This document shows positions 33,373-43,216 of a stretch of 64,000 nucleotides of DNA, one piece after another. This DNA comes from a virus, in IMG/VR virus record IMGVR_UViG_3300028607_002670; one strand, given 5' to 3'. Position 1 is the stretch's first letter. Each line of letters opens with the position of its first letter. Made by a program: the position numbers and the translations under genes. The notes under the pieces are model-generated. The model saw only the letters and a program-made list of their open reading frames with translations. It ran no database searches and was not told the DNA's origin.

Positions 33373-34182
33373 ATGATCTGGAATAATATCACCTTTCCTG
33401 TCAAAGAAGAGTGGAAAGATATCGAAGGTTACGAAGGTATTTATAAAGTTAGTAATTATGGCAGGGTGAAGAGTCTGTCCAGAGATATTCACTACCACAG
33501 GAACGGAAAAATGACTTCTATCTTTAAGAAAGGAAGGTTACTTAAACCCAAGACAGACAAGGATGGTTATAAAGAGTTATGTATGACTTCCTCTGAAGGT
33601 ATTAGGAAATACAAGAGAGTGCACCGTATCGTGGCAGAAGCTTTCTTAGAAGAAACTCACATAGATAACGCTGTGATAGACCACATAGATAATACCAAAG
33701 ACAATAATATTTGGTACAATCTGCAATGGATGACTTCTACTCAGAATACTATAAAGTATTACGCAGAAGATTACAGTAAAAGTAGAACTTTAAGTTCCTT
33801 AACAAAAGAGGAGTTTGCTAGGATAGGTGAACTTTACAATAAAGGTTTACTTTACCCTGAGATTATAGATGAAATGGGTTTGACGGTAGAAAGTCCCTCC
33901 ACTTTATGGGAAGTTCTATGTGGGAGAAGGTTGTCTAGCGTATCTGGTTTTAAAGAGGGAGATTTTAAAACAAGACCTCACCCTACTACGAAATTAACTG
34001 AAGATGATGTAGTACAAATAATTAAAGAAAGAATTATAGATAAACAAAAGTTAAAAGTGTTGTCAGAGAAATGGGGTGTAGCTGAGTCCATGATAAGTAG
34101 ATTTACTAAAGGTACTCGACAACCTTCCGCTTATATTAAATTCAAAGAAAGGTATAATTATGACAAAGAAAAAGAAGAGTGA
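33373..34182 (+). mobile_element. free-standing HNH homing endonuclease (NUMOD4 + HNH_3 + C-terminal HTH)
   Basis: WKDIEGYEGIYKVSNYGRVKSL (NUMOD4-like); HRIVAEAFL...VIDHIDNTKDNNIWYNLQWMTSTQN (HNH_3-like). Its 3' end overlaps terminase exon 1 by 23 nt. Confidence 0.75.
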
Positions 34183-36219
34183 ACCACTCTTCAAACCCGC
34201 CAGTGAGAAGCAAGCTCTTATTCTTAAAAGGGCTTCTGACACACAGGTGACTATTATTGGTGGAGCTTAAAAATCCAGTGGTTCCACATTAAATAACCCT
34301 GCTAATTCGATGAAGGCTAAGTGTACTACATAAGCTAATATCGAGCCGAATGATTAAATTCATGGGTGTAGAGATCAATCGTGATGAGTGTAACGATGTA
34401 GGGGCCAAGTGGCTTCCAAACGTAGGGCTATGTTATAACATAGAAGATATGATCCGACAACACAGGAAACTGTGGAAAGAGAGTAACGCCTCTAAAACTG
34501 ATCCTGAAAAATGGCTGGTTCAGGAAAAAGTTATCTATTGCAAATGATCCCTTTAATGTTAATAGATGATCCCAATTCGGAAATGGTAATGTTCCGTAGA
34601 ACTAATCCCCAGATAAAAGGTGCGGGTGGTATATTTAGCACAGGTTGCGGAATATACAATCAGCTCCCTCCTAATATAAGACCAAAGATTAAAACAGGTG
34701 ACCTAGAAGTTATATTCCCTACCAAAGACGAGAAAGGTAGGCGTAGTTATAATGGTGCCAAGATAAAATATCAACAAGCAGAAAATGTAGAACAAAGTAA
34801 ACTAAATGCCCAAGGTTTGCAATGGACTTTTGTTGGTATAGATGAGGGTTAATTGTAGCCCCTTAATGTAGGAATACATTTAGAAAATCCCGTGAATTCA
34901 GGGGAAGCCTCTAGTAGGTAATCCTGAGCGAAGCTCGAAAGAGAACGTGCAACGACTATCCTGAAAAGGAGTACACAACAAGCTAATGGTTGTGGAAGCG
35001 CGGGACACCTAGAACAGGTGATGATATAGTCTGAACTTCTATGGTGACATAGAGCAGCCATAATAGGCGGAAGATGACTTGCAAACATCTTTGAACACAA
35101 TTGACACAATTCGAATGGAGTCAGATAGAATATTTCATGTCTCGACTCAGGTCACAATCAAAACATTTCTCCCGTATGGTTATATCTTGTAACCCGTCAC
35201 CCTCTCATGAGATTAAGAAGATGATCTCATTCTACTTGACAGATGACGGATATCCTGACCCTAAAAAGGACGGTTTAGTTAGGTATTTCATACAAAGAGA
35301 CGGTGAGTACATATGGGGAGAAACAAGGGAAGAATTAGGAACAAGGTTTGATATTCCTGAAAAAGATTGGGAAAACTTAATTCTATCTTTCAGCTTCGTG
35401 AGCGCAAATATTTATGATAATCCTCCGATGATTGAGAGCAACCCAGCTTACCTCGGCTTCTTAGAAGGTTTGAATGAAATTGACAAAGCTCAACTATTAC
35501 ATGGTTGCTGGGCAGAATTTGCATTCGGAAGTAAATACTTTAAACGTGATTGGATAGATCACGTAGATAAAGTACCTACAGATGGTCTCACTGTTAGGGC
35601 ATACGATTTCGGAGCATCTGAAAGAACCATGTCAAACAAGAACCCCGATCCAACAGTAAGTATAAAAATGCATAAAAGTAAAGATGGCTATTATACTTTA
35701 ATGGGTGATTACCACGAAGACTTCTATGACAAAGTGGATGATATTCAAGGGGCAATGTATCTCAGTTCTGGGGAAAGGGATAGAGTAATGTTAAAACAGG
35801 CTGCATTTGACGGTTCAGAAGTTTACCTTGTTGGTCCGCAAGATCCTGCTGCGGCTGGAAAAGCCCTTTGGAATCAACAAGCTAAGTACTTTGCAGAAGA
35901 AGGTTATATTTATAAAAAAGACCCCATGCCTATAACAAAGAATAAACTTACCAAGTTCTTACCTTTTGCAACAAGTGCAGAGAATGGTTTGATACGTATA
36001 GTTAAGTCCACTTTTTCAGAGAACACTTATAATCATATAATGAAACAGTTGGAAAACTTTGATGGTGAAAGATCAACCAAAACCAAAAAGGATGACTTTG
36101 CAGATGCTATAGCTTCGGCTTACAACTTCCTATCCAAAGAAAGAGTAATCCGCGCCTACAGCCTCCCAGACACCACTTCTCCAACAGCTTACACCTCTTA
36201 CCGCAAGTCTATCCGATGA
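34160..36219 (+). CDS. terL: terminase large subunit, three exons: join(34160..34267, 34514..34849, 35104..36219), 519 aa
   Basis: Exon 1 (my translation): MTKKKKSEPLFKPASEKQALILKRASDTQVTIIGGA. Joined to exon 2 it restores Walker A IIGGA|AGSGKSYLLQ. Exon 2/3 junction: Walker B FVGIDEG|TQFEWSQIEYFMSRLRS. Exon lengths sum to 1560 nt, in frame. Each 5' exon ends in T and each intron ends in G. Confidence 0.8.
34268..34513 (+). mobile_element. group I intron 1 in terL (246 nt, ORF-less)
   Basis: Exon-end GGAGCU can pair with intron GGUUCC (34280..34285), giving P1 with a U-G wobble at the splice site. The intron ends in G and starts with an in-frame TAA. GATATGATCC + CACAG-GAAA-CTGTG near the 3' end looks like P7/P8. 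Confidence 0.65.
34850..35103 (+). mobile_element. group I intron 2 in terL (254 nt, ORF-less, td-like IA2 core)
   Basis: Exon GGGU pairs with intron GCCC (34858..34861). TAATTG.., GGGGAAGCCTCTAGTAGGTAATCC, CAACGACTATCC, GATATAGTCTG and CTATGGTGACATAGAGC closely resemble the T4 td intron core as I recall it. Ends in G. Confidence 0.75.
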
Positions 36220-36235
36220 CGGGAAGTGGGTTCTG

Positions 36236-36264
36236 TTGCCAAAATAAACCCCTTGTGTTATAAT
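36236..36264 (+). promoter_or_regulatory. sigma70-type promoter (TTGCCA-17-TATAAT, TGT-extended)
   Basis: -35 at 36236..36241, -10 at 36259..36264. Confidence 0.5.
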
Positions 36265-36364
36265 ATCTCTTATAACAAGAATTAATAAAGTTTCCGTAAT
36301 AATATAACATTGCGGGAACATCTACATTTAGGAGAAATGTTCTCCTTTCCTAACAGGAGATACA

Positions 36365-37918
36365 ATGGCTAATAAGACTAGGCGCAGACGGAAGAAAAAT
36401 AACTCTTCTGAACGTGCTAACATGGCTGCAACAAATGCCACTCCCCCTAATTCAACTCGTGAACAACGTTCCGCTAATAAGCAATTATCCACTGCAGCAA
36501 TAGAGTTTGTCAAGCGTCAAATTGATATCCTTAAACCTTGGGAACTCAGTCGGACGCAACGACTCACCACTTACCAGCAAATGTTAAACGATGATGCAAT
36601 AGCTACTTGTTTTTCTGCAAGAAGTATGGCTGTTGCAAAAGCTCAAGCTAAAGGTAAGTTCAAATATGATGTAAACTCAGAAGAGTCACTTCGCATCAAA
36701 GAGTTCCTTGAATATAACATGGAAAACCTTTTTGGACAAACCCCTTTAGTTGTAGGTATGTGTTCTGCTGCAATGATCCGTGATGGATGGTCACCTTTTG
36801 AGATGGTGTTTGAAAATGGTGATGCAGAATGGAATGATAAGTGGAAGCTTAAAAAACTTGCTTATATCCATCCTCTCACTTTAGATAAGATCACTCCTTG
36901 GACAACTACACCTAATGGAGACAGAATAACCTCTTTGAATCAATCGCAATCAGCTTTTGAAGGTGTGGATGGTGTTCGTTCAATAGGGTTCAATGGATTC
37001 AAAGGTAATACAGGTGTGCAACCTATCTCCTTTAATCGAGTAGCTTATTGCTCATATTCATCGACTCCTACACAACCTGCTGGAATTTCAGTATTTGATT
37101 CAGCTTATATCCCTTGGAAAGAGAAACAACTTTTACAAGATTTAACATTGATTGGTGTTCAAAAGGATATGGCGGGTATGCCTGTTCTTGGTGCTCCAAG
37201 TTCATTGTTAGCTGCGGCCTCTGATAACCCAACGGGACCAGAAGCTAGAATGGTTGAACAATTGAAAGATAACCTTGCCAACTTACATGCTGGTGACCAA
37301 AGTTATTGTGTTCTTCCAACAGATACACATTCTGAAAATGGTGCAGGTGCAGCGCAGTTCAAACTTCAATTCTTAGGGATCGAAGGAAGCGGGAAAAACT
37401 TTGATATAATGGAATTAGTTGAACAACGTAAACGTGCAATATACAACTGTTTCGCATGTCAGAATATGTTATCAGGTGAAAACGGTGGCGGAAGTTACAA
37501 CCTTTTAGAAGGGCAATCTTCTATACAAGCACACTTTGTTGAACTAGATACCATGATCATAGATGATATGTGGAATAAGCAAATTTTCCCTAAGTTGATG
37601 AAACTTAACAATTGGGATTATAAAGCTTCGGACATGCCTAAATGGAAAGCGGGTAATGTTCAGAAGATATCTGCTGATGAAGCGGGTAAGCTTGTTTCAC
37701 GTACAAAGAGTATTCTACCAGCGCATCCAGACGTTATAAACTATGTTCTCGATATGATGGATGTAGACTACCGTGTTCCAATTGATACACCTGCGGAAGT
37801 GTTAAGAGAAATGCTTTTCGATATACAGGATAATCAAGGAGAAGATAATGGTGGTACATCAGGATCTGGGAACAATGCACAGGATAATTCAGATGTTAAC
37901 AATGAAAATGCGGCATAA
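36365..37918 (+). CDS. portal protein
   Basis: 517 aa, directly downstream of terL, with a basic N-terminus and acidic G/N-rich C-terminus. Call rests on position and size. Confidence 0.65.
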   Translation: MANKTRRRRKKNNSSERANMAATNATPPNSTREQRSANKQLSTAAIEFVKRQIDILKPWELSRTQRLTTYQQMLNDDAIATCFSARSMAVAKAQAKGKFKYDVNSEESLRIKEFLEYNMENLFGQTPLVVGMCSAAMIRDGWSPFEMVFENGDAEWNDKWKLKKLAYIHPLTLDKITPWTTTPNGDRITSLNQSQSAFEGVDGVRSIGFNGFKGNTGVQPISFNRVAYCSYSSTPTQPAGISVFDSAYIPWKEKQLLQDLTLIGVQKDMAGMPVLGAPSSLLAAASDNPTGPEARMVEQLKDNLANLHAGDQSYCVLPTDTHSENGAGAAQFKLQFLGIEGSGKNFDIMELVEQRKRAIYNCFACQNMLSGENGGGSYNLLEGQSSIQAHFVELDTMIIDDMWNKQIFPKLMKLNNWDYKASDMPKWKAGNVQKISADEAGKLVSRTKSILPAHPDVINYVLDMMDVDYRVPIDTPAEVLREMLFDIQDNQGEDNGGTSGSGNNAQDNSDVNNENAA

Positions 37919-38032
37919 TATGTTAAGTGTTGTGTTATTTGCAATGCTATGTTATAATGTAACAATAAAGGAGATAGAGTGGATTAATTCTTATTAATTA
38001 CTTTGTCTCCACTAATAATAAAAGGAAGAGTA

Positions 38033-39490
38033 ATGGCTAAAAAGAAAGCTCATCAACTCCCCCGCTTTAGTAAATCAATCCTAGAAAAACCTCAACTCAT
38101 ATTAGAATCTAAATTCCGAGAAATATCAGAAGTTCTTGAAAACAGAGAAAACCTTAATGCATATAAAGAAGAACTTCTTTTGTCAGAGGATTTCAATGAA
38201 GGTAAAGAATATTTAAACATTTCAGAAGATATTGGTATTCTTAGAGTAGAAGGTCCAACAACTTATAAACCTAATGGTTTTGAAGCTTTATGCGGCGGTT
38301 GTAGTTACACAAGTTTACTTTCTCAAATGCAAGAATTTGCTGAGGAAGGTGTTAAAACTGTATTGATGAAACTAGATTCAGGAGGCGGTCAGAGCTACCG
38401 CATGATTTTTACGGCAACCCAGTTACGTAAGATTGCAGATGACAATAAGATCCGATTAATAGGGTATATTGATGGCATGGCAGCATCTGCTGGTATGGGT
38501 TTAGCTGCAGCTTGTCACGAGTTGATTGCCAATCCAGAAGCCGAAGCAGGTTCTATTGGTGTGGTGATTTCTCTTGCTAACAACAGTAAGCAACTTGAGA
38601 AAGAAGGTATTGAACGTACATTCATTACTGCTGGTAGCGAAAAAGTTCCATTTGAAGATGATGGTAGTTTCCGTAAAGGTTTCTTAGAAGATTTACAGGA
38701 AAGTGTAGACGACCTTTATATCAAGTTTACCAACCATGTAGCTAACATGCGTAATATTTCTGTTCAAACTGTCCGTGATACACAAGCCAGAATGTTTAAA
38801 GCAGAGAAAGCTTTACAACTAGGTTTAATCGATAAAATCATGGAAGAAGATGAATTCCAAGCTTATCTGGGTGGTTATTCTATCACTCCTGAGCAACAAC
38901 AAGGCACTACACAAGTAGCTGCAAAATTAACTAAGACTGATGAGGAAATCTTAATGTCGAAGAACACAGAGCAAGCTTCTAGTGTTGATGCTGAACAATT
39001 AGCTCAACTTCAAGAACTTGAAACAATCAAAACAAAATTAGCCGCTCTTGAAGCAGAGAAAGAGCAAGCTTCTACAGAATTGGCAAATTATAAAGCTAAA
39101 GAAGCACTTGCTGCAAAAGAAGCACTTGAAGCTAAATTAGATTCTAGCGTATGGGCTGCTGATTGTAAGGAGTCTTTAGTGTCAGTATTACTTTCTGATG
39201 AAGTATCTGGTACATATAAAGAACTTTTAAACACTGTTATCGCTTCTGCTGATATGGCTGTTAATGAGTTAACTGGTAAAGTTGAAGAAGCTACTTCTGC
39301 ACTTACTGTAGCTCAAGAAGAATTTGCAGCAAAAGAAGAAACACTTCAAGCTGAAATGAAAACTATTCAAGAAGAATTTGGTGCTGCTCCTCAAACTACT
39401 GAAGAAGCATTACCTCAGACAGATACTACATCATTAAGTATCGAAGAGCAATTAGCAATTAATCTTAAAAAGTTAAACGCTAACAAGTAA
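38033..39490 (+). CDS. prohead protease (S49/ClpP-fold) fused to coiled-coil scaffold domain
   Basis: LDSGGGQ..., IGYIDGMAASAGMGLAAAC (S49 serine motif), then a long A/E/K-rich coiled coil (res ~300-485). Start at MAKKKAHQ after AAAAGGAAGAGTA. Confidence 0.75.
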   Translation: MAKKKAHQLPRFSKSILEKPQLILESKFREISEVLENRENLNAYKEELLLSEDFNEGKEYLNISEDIGILRVEGPTTYKPNGFEALCGGCSYTSLLSQMQEFAEEGVKTVLMKLDSGGGQSYRMIFTATQLRKIADDNKIRLIGYIDGMAASAGMGLAAACHELIANPEAEAGSIGVVISLANNSKQLEKEGIERTFITAGSEKVPFEDDGSFRKGFLEDLQESVDDLYIKFTNHVANMRNISVQTVRDTQARMFKAEKALQLGLIDKIMEEDEFQAYLGGYSITPEQQQGTTQVAAKLTKTDEEILMSKNTEQASSVDAEQLAQLQELETIKTKLAALEAEKEQASTELANYKAKEALAAKEALEAKLDSSVWAADCKESLVSVLLSDEVSGTYKELLNTVIASADMAVNELTGKVEEATSALTVAQEEFAAKEETLQAEMKTIQEEFGAAPQTTEEALPQTDTTSLSIEEQLAINLKKLNANK

Positions 39491-39537
39491 TCCCTGCATT
39501 AGCAGAACATAATAATTATAAATAAAGGAAAAATATA

Positions 39538-39906
39538 ATGGCTACATTATCTCGTAACCAAGTTGTATTACGTGCTCTTCAAGGTGAAGGTACTGGCGAT
39601 GCAATGATTAACACAACTCTTCAAGTTACTAAAACTGCTACTATGACTCATGGTACTTTGCTTAAAGCTGACTTCACTGAAGCTGCTGATGCTGATATCA
39701 CTGCTGGTGACGTTGTCTACGTAATTGATGATTATCTAATTGACGCTGTTGCAACTGGTGACGAAGCTACTATCCGTGCAGTTGTTGAACTGGATTGGGT
39801 TATCTTCCGTGCAGAAGAATTAAAAGTTGGTAGCACACCACTTACAGAAGCACAGCTTACAGCATTCGGTAAAAAGACTCAAGCTTCTCACGAAGTATTA
39901 GTTTAA
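39538..39906 (+). CDS. head decoration protein (lambda gpD-like position)
   Basis: 122 aa between protease/scaffold and the E-type capsid gene, as in lambda C-Nu3-D-E. Codon usage looks like a highly expressed gene. Confidence 0.5.
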   Translation: MATLSRNQVVLRALQGEGTGDAMINTTLQVTKTATMTHGTLLKADFTEAADADITAGDVVYVIDDYLIDAVATGDEATIRAVVELDWVIFRAEELKVGSTPLTEAQLTAFGKKTQASHEVLV

Positions 39907-39940
39907 TCCAACAATAATAAGAATAAAAGGAAAATAAATA

Positions 39941-40981
39941 ATGGCAGATTTACGCTTAGGTGATCAAGGTTTACAGAACTTTACACCACTGATGACACTA
40001 GTTCCACGTGTTGAGAACATGCTTGAGAAAATGGGTTTATTTGATGTAGACTATTCTGAGGAGAGTGTTGTTGCATTTGAACGTATTGTTACTGGTATGG
40101 ATAACATGTACTCAGTTGCTCGTGGTGCAGACCGTCAAATTGCGGGTGATGATGAGGCGCGTACAGCTTGGGTAGAAATCCCATTCTTCTCACTAGATTA
40201 TATTATCAAACCAAAAGATGTACAATCTTTACGTGAGTTTGCAACTGCTCAAGACCCTGAAACAGTTCGTTCAAAAGCTGCTCGTGTTATTGCACGTATC
40301 CAAAAATCTCACGCTAAGACTATCCAAAAGTGTATGTATCAAGCGCTTAAAGGCTCTACTTATGCAGTAGATGCTGATGGTAATCCTCGTCCAAACTTAC
40401 AACGTTCATTCCAGTCGATGTTTGAAATCGCTGATGCGGACATGTATAATGGTGCAGCAGGTGGTGCGGCATCTTATGACCTTACTGACCAAGCTATCAA
40501 CCCAGCAGATGAATTTGAAAAAGTTCGTAAACATGTGTTTAACAAAGCGGGTGACTTAGGTGATGATTACGAGATCGTAGCTATCCTTGGTACAGATGCT
40601 TTCACAGCACTTAAAAACCACACTGACTACGTTGAAGCATTCGCTAACTACGCATCACAAGAAGAGCCTTTACGTCAACGTTTAGGTGGCCTTTCTACAG
40701 GTCGTGTACTTCGCTGGCAGGGTATCACTTACCTTGAAGACGTAAGTGGTCAAGTAGAGTCTAATAAAGGTTACGTATTCCCACGTGGTGTTGATGATAT
40801 GTTTAAGACTATCTACGGTCATTCAGACACTATCGCTGGTGCAAACCGTGAAGAAGAAATTTCTGAAGGTTACCTGTTCATCATGAGTGACTTACGTAAA
40901 GAGATTGTATCTAGTGATCTCGCCGTGGTTTGTTGTAACAGTCGTCCTGACCTTATCGCAAGCTACACGTTCACTGTTTAA
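39941..40981 (+). CDS. major capsid protein (lambda gpE-like family)
   Basis: 346 aa, in the right position, followed by a strong terminator. Size and N-terminal pattern (..LF......S....F) fit Phage_cap_E as I recall it. Confidence 0.75.
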   Translation: MADLRLGDQGLQNFTPLMTLVPRVENMLEKMGLFDVDYSEESVVAFERIVTGMDNMYSVARGADRQIAGDDEARTAWVEIPFFSLDYIIKPKDVQSLREFATAQDPETVRSKAARVIARIQKSHAKTIQKCMYQALKGSTYAVDADGNPRPNLQRSFQSMFEIADADMYNGAAGGAASYDLTDQAINPADEFEKVRKHVFNKAGDLGDDYEIVAILGTDAFTALKNHTDYVEAFANYASQEEPLRQRLGGLSTGRVLRWQGITYLEDVSGQVESNKGYVFPRGVDDMFKTIYGHSDTIAGANREEEISEGYLFIMSDLRKEIVSSDLAVVCCNSRPDLIASYTFTV

Positions 40982-41004
40982 TTTATAGTTGAACAATTTA
41001 AAGA

Positions 41005-41028
41005 GAGAAGCCTTGTGCTTCTCCTTTT
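41005..41028 (+). terminator. rho-independent terminator after the capsid gene
   Basis: GAGAAGC-CTTGT-GCTTCTC then CTTTTAA. Confidence 0.6.
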
Positions 41029-41125
41029 AATAAAACATTCTAATATAGAGTAGTTTATTAAAAGGAGACTTCTCCAAAAGTCATTACATGGAATGTGACT
41101 TACAATTATCCCAGAGAGGAAACGA

Positions 41126-41614
41126 ATGAAAGAACAATACAAACTTTTTAAAACTAAGAAACAATTCTACCAATGGTTACAATTCTTCATCGAAGATTTA
41201 GATTTCAACAAGAGTATCACTAGCTCACGATTTTCATTCTTCGTAGGAAAAGATTTCTACCATTGCCCTAATATGCGAATCATGTGTGAGAAGTTGAATA
41301 ACTTCCTACCAGAAGAAGCACAACTTGATGAAGTAGCTTCTCGTATCAAAGGCCAAGTTGCAATCATGTTATTCTTCAAGAATGCTGTTGCTGAAAAGGA
41401 AACTACTGTAGAAGAAGCTCCTGTTGAAGAAGATAAGCCAGAAGAAGAAGAGTTAATCACTTTAGAAGTGGATAAGCCTGATTGGGACAAAGTTGATGCA
41501 ATGGAAGATAAAGATGAATTAGCAGATTATGCTGAATCTTTCAAAGTAACATTAGCTAAAAATGCTAAACTTGAGAACATGAAGAAAAAGTTTAAAAATG
41601 AATACTCAGCTTAA
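41126..41614 (+). CDS. hypothetical acidic protein (162 aa)
   Basis: ORF track; E/P/K-rich linker (VEEAPVEEDKPEEEE). Confidence 0.5.
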   Translation: MKEQYKLFKTKKQFYQWLQFFIEDLDFNKSITSSRFSFFVGKDFYHCPNMRIMCEKLNNFLPEEAQLDEVASRIKGQVAIMLFFKNAVAEKETTVEEAPVEEDKPEEEELITLEVDKPDWDKVDAMEDKDELADYAESFKVTLAKNAKLENMKKKFKNEYSA

Positions 41615-41636
41615 TATAATTAAAAGTTAAGAGTTT

Positions 41637-41676
41637 AAAGACCGCCAAGGGACATTCTCTCTTAGGCGGTCTTTTT
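41637..41676. terminator. bidirectional terminator between convergent genes
   Basis: AAAGACCGCC ... GGCGGTCTTT, with an A-run before and T-run after. Confidence 0.65.
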
Positions 41677-41692
41677 GCGTAAAGGGGTAAAG

Positions 41693-42037
41693 TTAATCTA
41701 AATAATCCAATAGGTCAACACCACACGCCTCACAATAACCTAACAAATAGCTGAATGTGATAATACCGTTAGCAAGATTTCTTTGTAAGCAAGTGATCCC
41801 TTTCTTAATGGTGTTATATTCCCAATCAGAAGTCATTTCCCAACTATACCCCTTCTCAGAATATCCTTTCCCAGAAAGTAGTTCCTTCTTAGAAGGTATC
41901 TTGTTCTTAACATGACACACTATGTAACAATAGTTATCCAATTTTAACAAAGTAAGATAAGGAAAAGTTGTATTCCCTTTAGCCACTTGGATTGTTTTGT
42001 CAAAAGTCAAGACACTCTCATTAACATCAAAATTCAT
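41693..42037 (-). CDS. hypothetical protein on the opposite strand (114 aa)
   Basis: I prefer the start at MNFDVNES (AAGGAAACTATTT upstream). It is one of only a few minus-strand genes in the structural module. Confidence 0.5.
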   Translation of the reverse strand: MNFDVNESVLTFDKTIQVAKGNTTFPYLTLLKLDNYCYIVCHVKNKIPSKKELLSGKGYSEKGYSWEMTSDWEYNTIKKGITCLQRNLANGIITFSYLLGYCEACGVDLLDYLD

Positions 42038-42108
42038 AAATAGTTTCCTTGTTTTAAAGGGACATTTTAACATTATAAAATCTTATGTCAAGTAAGTAAG
42101 GAGTTTCT

Positions 42109-42924
42109 ATGACACCTGTTGATATAACCGTCACAGGAGAAGATTTCGTTTCTATTAATCAAGAGGCAGATATACCTGTAGGGACAGAGTTACAACTACA
42201 AACTAAAAGTAATCACCCTATAGTGATTCAAAGATCAGATTTAAAACCTTCCCCTGATAATAGTAACGGTAGAATTATGAAGGGGGTAGGAAATAAGTCT
42301 TCTGTTTATACGATAAGTACTGGGTCAGAAGAGGTGTGGTTGCGTCTACTCTCTGATAACACATTAAACAGAGGCGTAGTTACTGCTGGGTTCTTTTCGG
42401 AAACAACCCCTGTAGAGGTAGAGTATGCAGCGAGGTTGGACGGTTTGAGTCAATATTGGCAAACATCCTCTCCAGTAACAGCTTCTACTCTAAGTTTCAC
42501 TTTTATAAAAGACGGCGTAACTGGTGATCCAGAAGATAATGCTATGGGAGTATTAGCACTTAATAATAGTACCACTTATTTAACATTACTACCTACAGGT
42601 ATTATTGAAGTAAATTCAGCTATTAGTTCTTTAACTTTCAATGAGGATGTTATTTCTGATGGTGATGACATTACTTCATACTTAGATGGCAGAAAATTAT
42701 CGGTTGTAGTTAATTTCTCCTCTCCCACACAGTTCAATATACTAGGAAGAGGACGTTATGTTATACAATTCTTAGAGGGTATTCTGTACAACATTAATGT
42801 GGATAATGGACTTCTTATATTACCAATGGATGACCCAGAACAAGGTGATACCCAAAACCCTACCACAGGAACTACTACTATAAGAATGTTAAATTATAGT
42901 GGTGATGTGTGGGAGGAGGTTTAA
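42109..42924 (+). CDS. structural-module protein; N-terminal domain paralogous to 43216..43503
   Basis: Residues 1-95 align by eye with the 95-aa ORF: VGT.L.LQ.K...P......D..P..D..NGR........S.......GS.EVWLR.L.D. Confidence 0.5.
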   Translation: MTPVDITVTGEDFVSINQEADIPVGTELQLQTKSNHPIVIQRSDLKPSPDNSNGRIMKGVGNKSSVYTISTGSEEVWLRLLSDNTLNRGVVTAGFFSETTPVEVEYAARLDGLSQYWQTSSPVTASTLSFTFIKDGVTGDPEDNAMGVLALNNSTTYLTLLPTGIIEVNSAISSLTFNEDVISDGDDITSYLDGRKLSVVVNFSSPTQFNILGRGRYVIQFLEGILYNINVDNGLLILPMDDPEQGDTQNPTTGTTTIRMLNYSGDVWEEV

Positions 42925-42925
42925 A

Positions 42926-43216
42926 ATGCCTATAGTTAACCAGACATACGCTTTTGTAACAAACCAAGGCTGGGAGAATTCCCTTTATGAAGTGTGGCCT
43001 TTTGCCCCTTTATATGGTGATTATAGGTTGCTTGTTTTTGCAGGTAAAGAACTACCTTCTATAGAAAAAGAGTACTCTTCTGCCACTTTTAAATATTTAT
43101 CCGTAGAGGATACTATAAAGGCTATGAAATCAAAACAAATAGGTCCGTTTATTTGTAACATCCAACAAGCAAGAGAAGTTACACCACATTTTGAAATACA
43201 AAAGGAAATAGAATAA
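42926..43216 (+). CDS. hypothetical protein (96 aa)
   Basis: Start at MPIVNQ after GGGAGGAGGTTTAAA. Confidence 0.5.
   Translation: MPIVNQTYAFVTNQGWENSLYEVWPFAPLYGDYRLLVFAGKELPSIEKEYSSATFKYLSVEDTIKAMKSKQIGPFICNIQQAREVTPHFEIQKEIE

Noticed and set aside
34350-34547. 65-aa ORF inside terL intron 1
   Set aside because: It lies almost wholly within the predicted 246-nt group I intron and runs into exon 2 in the terL frame. It has no SD and no endonuclease motif. It is most likely a chance ORF in structured RNA.
34849-35109. 86-aa minus-strand ORF covering terL intron 2
   Set aside because: It is antisense to the td-like intron core and is Cys/Leu-rich with low complexity. It has no SD, and an intron explains the sequence better.
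36130-36513. Minus-strand ORFs 36130..36321 and 36328..36513 between terL and the portal gene
   Set aside because: They are antisense to the terL 3' end, a promoter region and the portal 5' end. They have no SD and odd composition.
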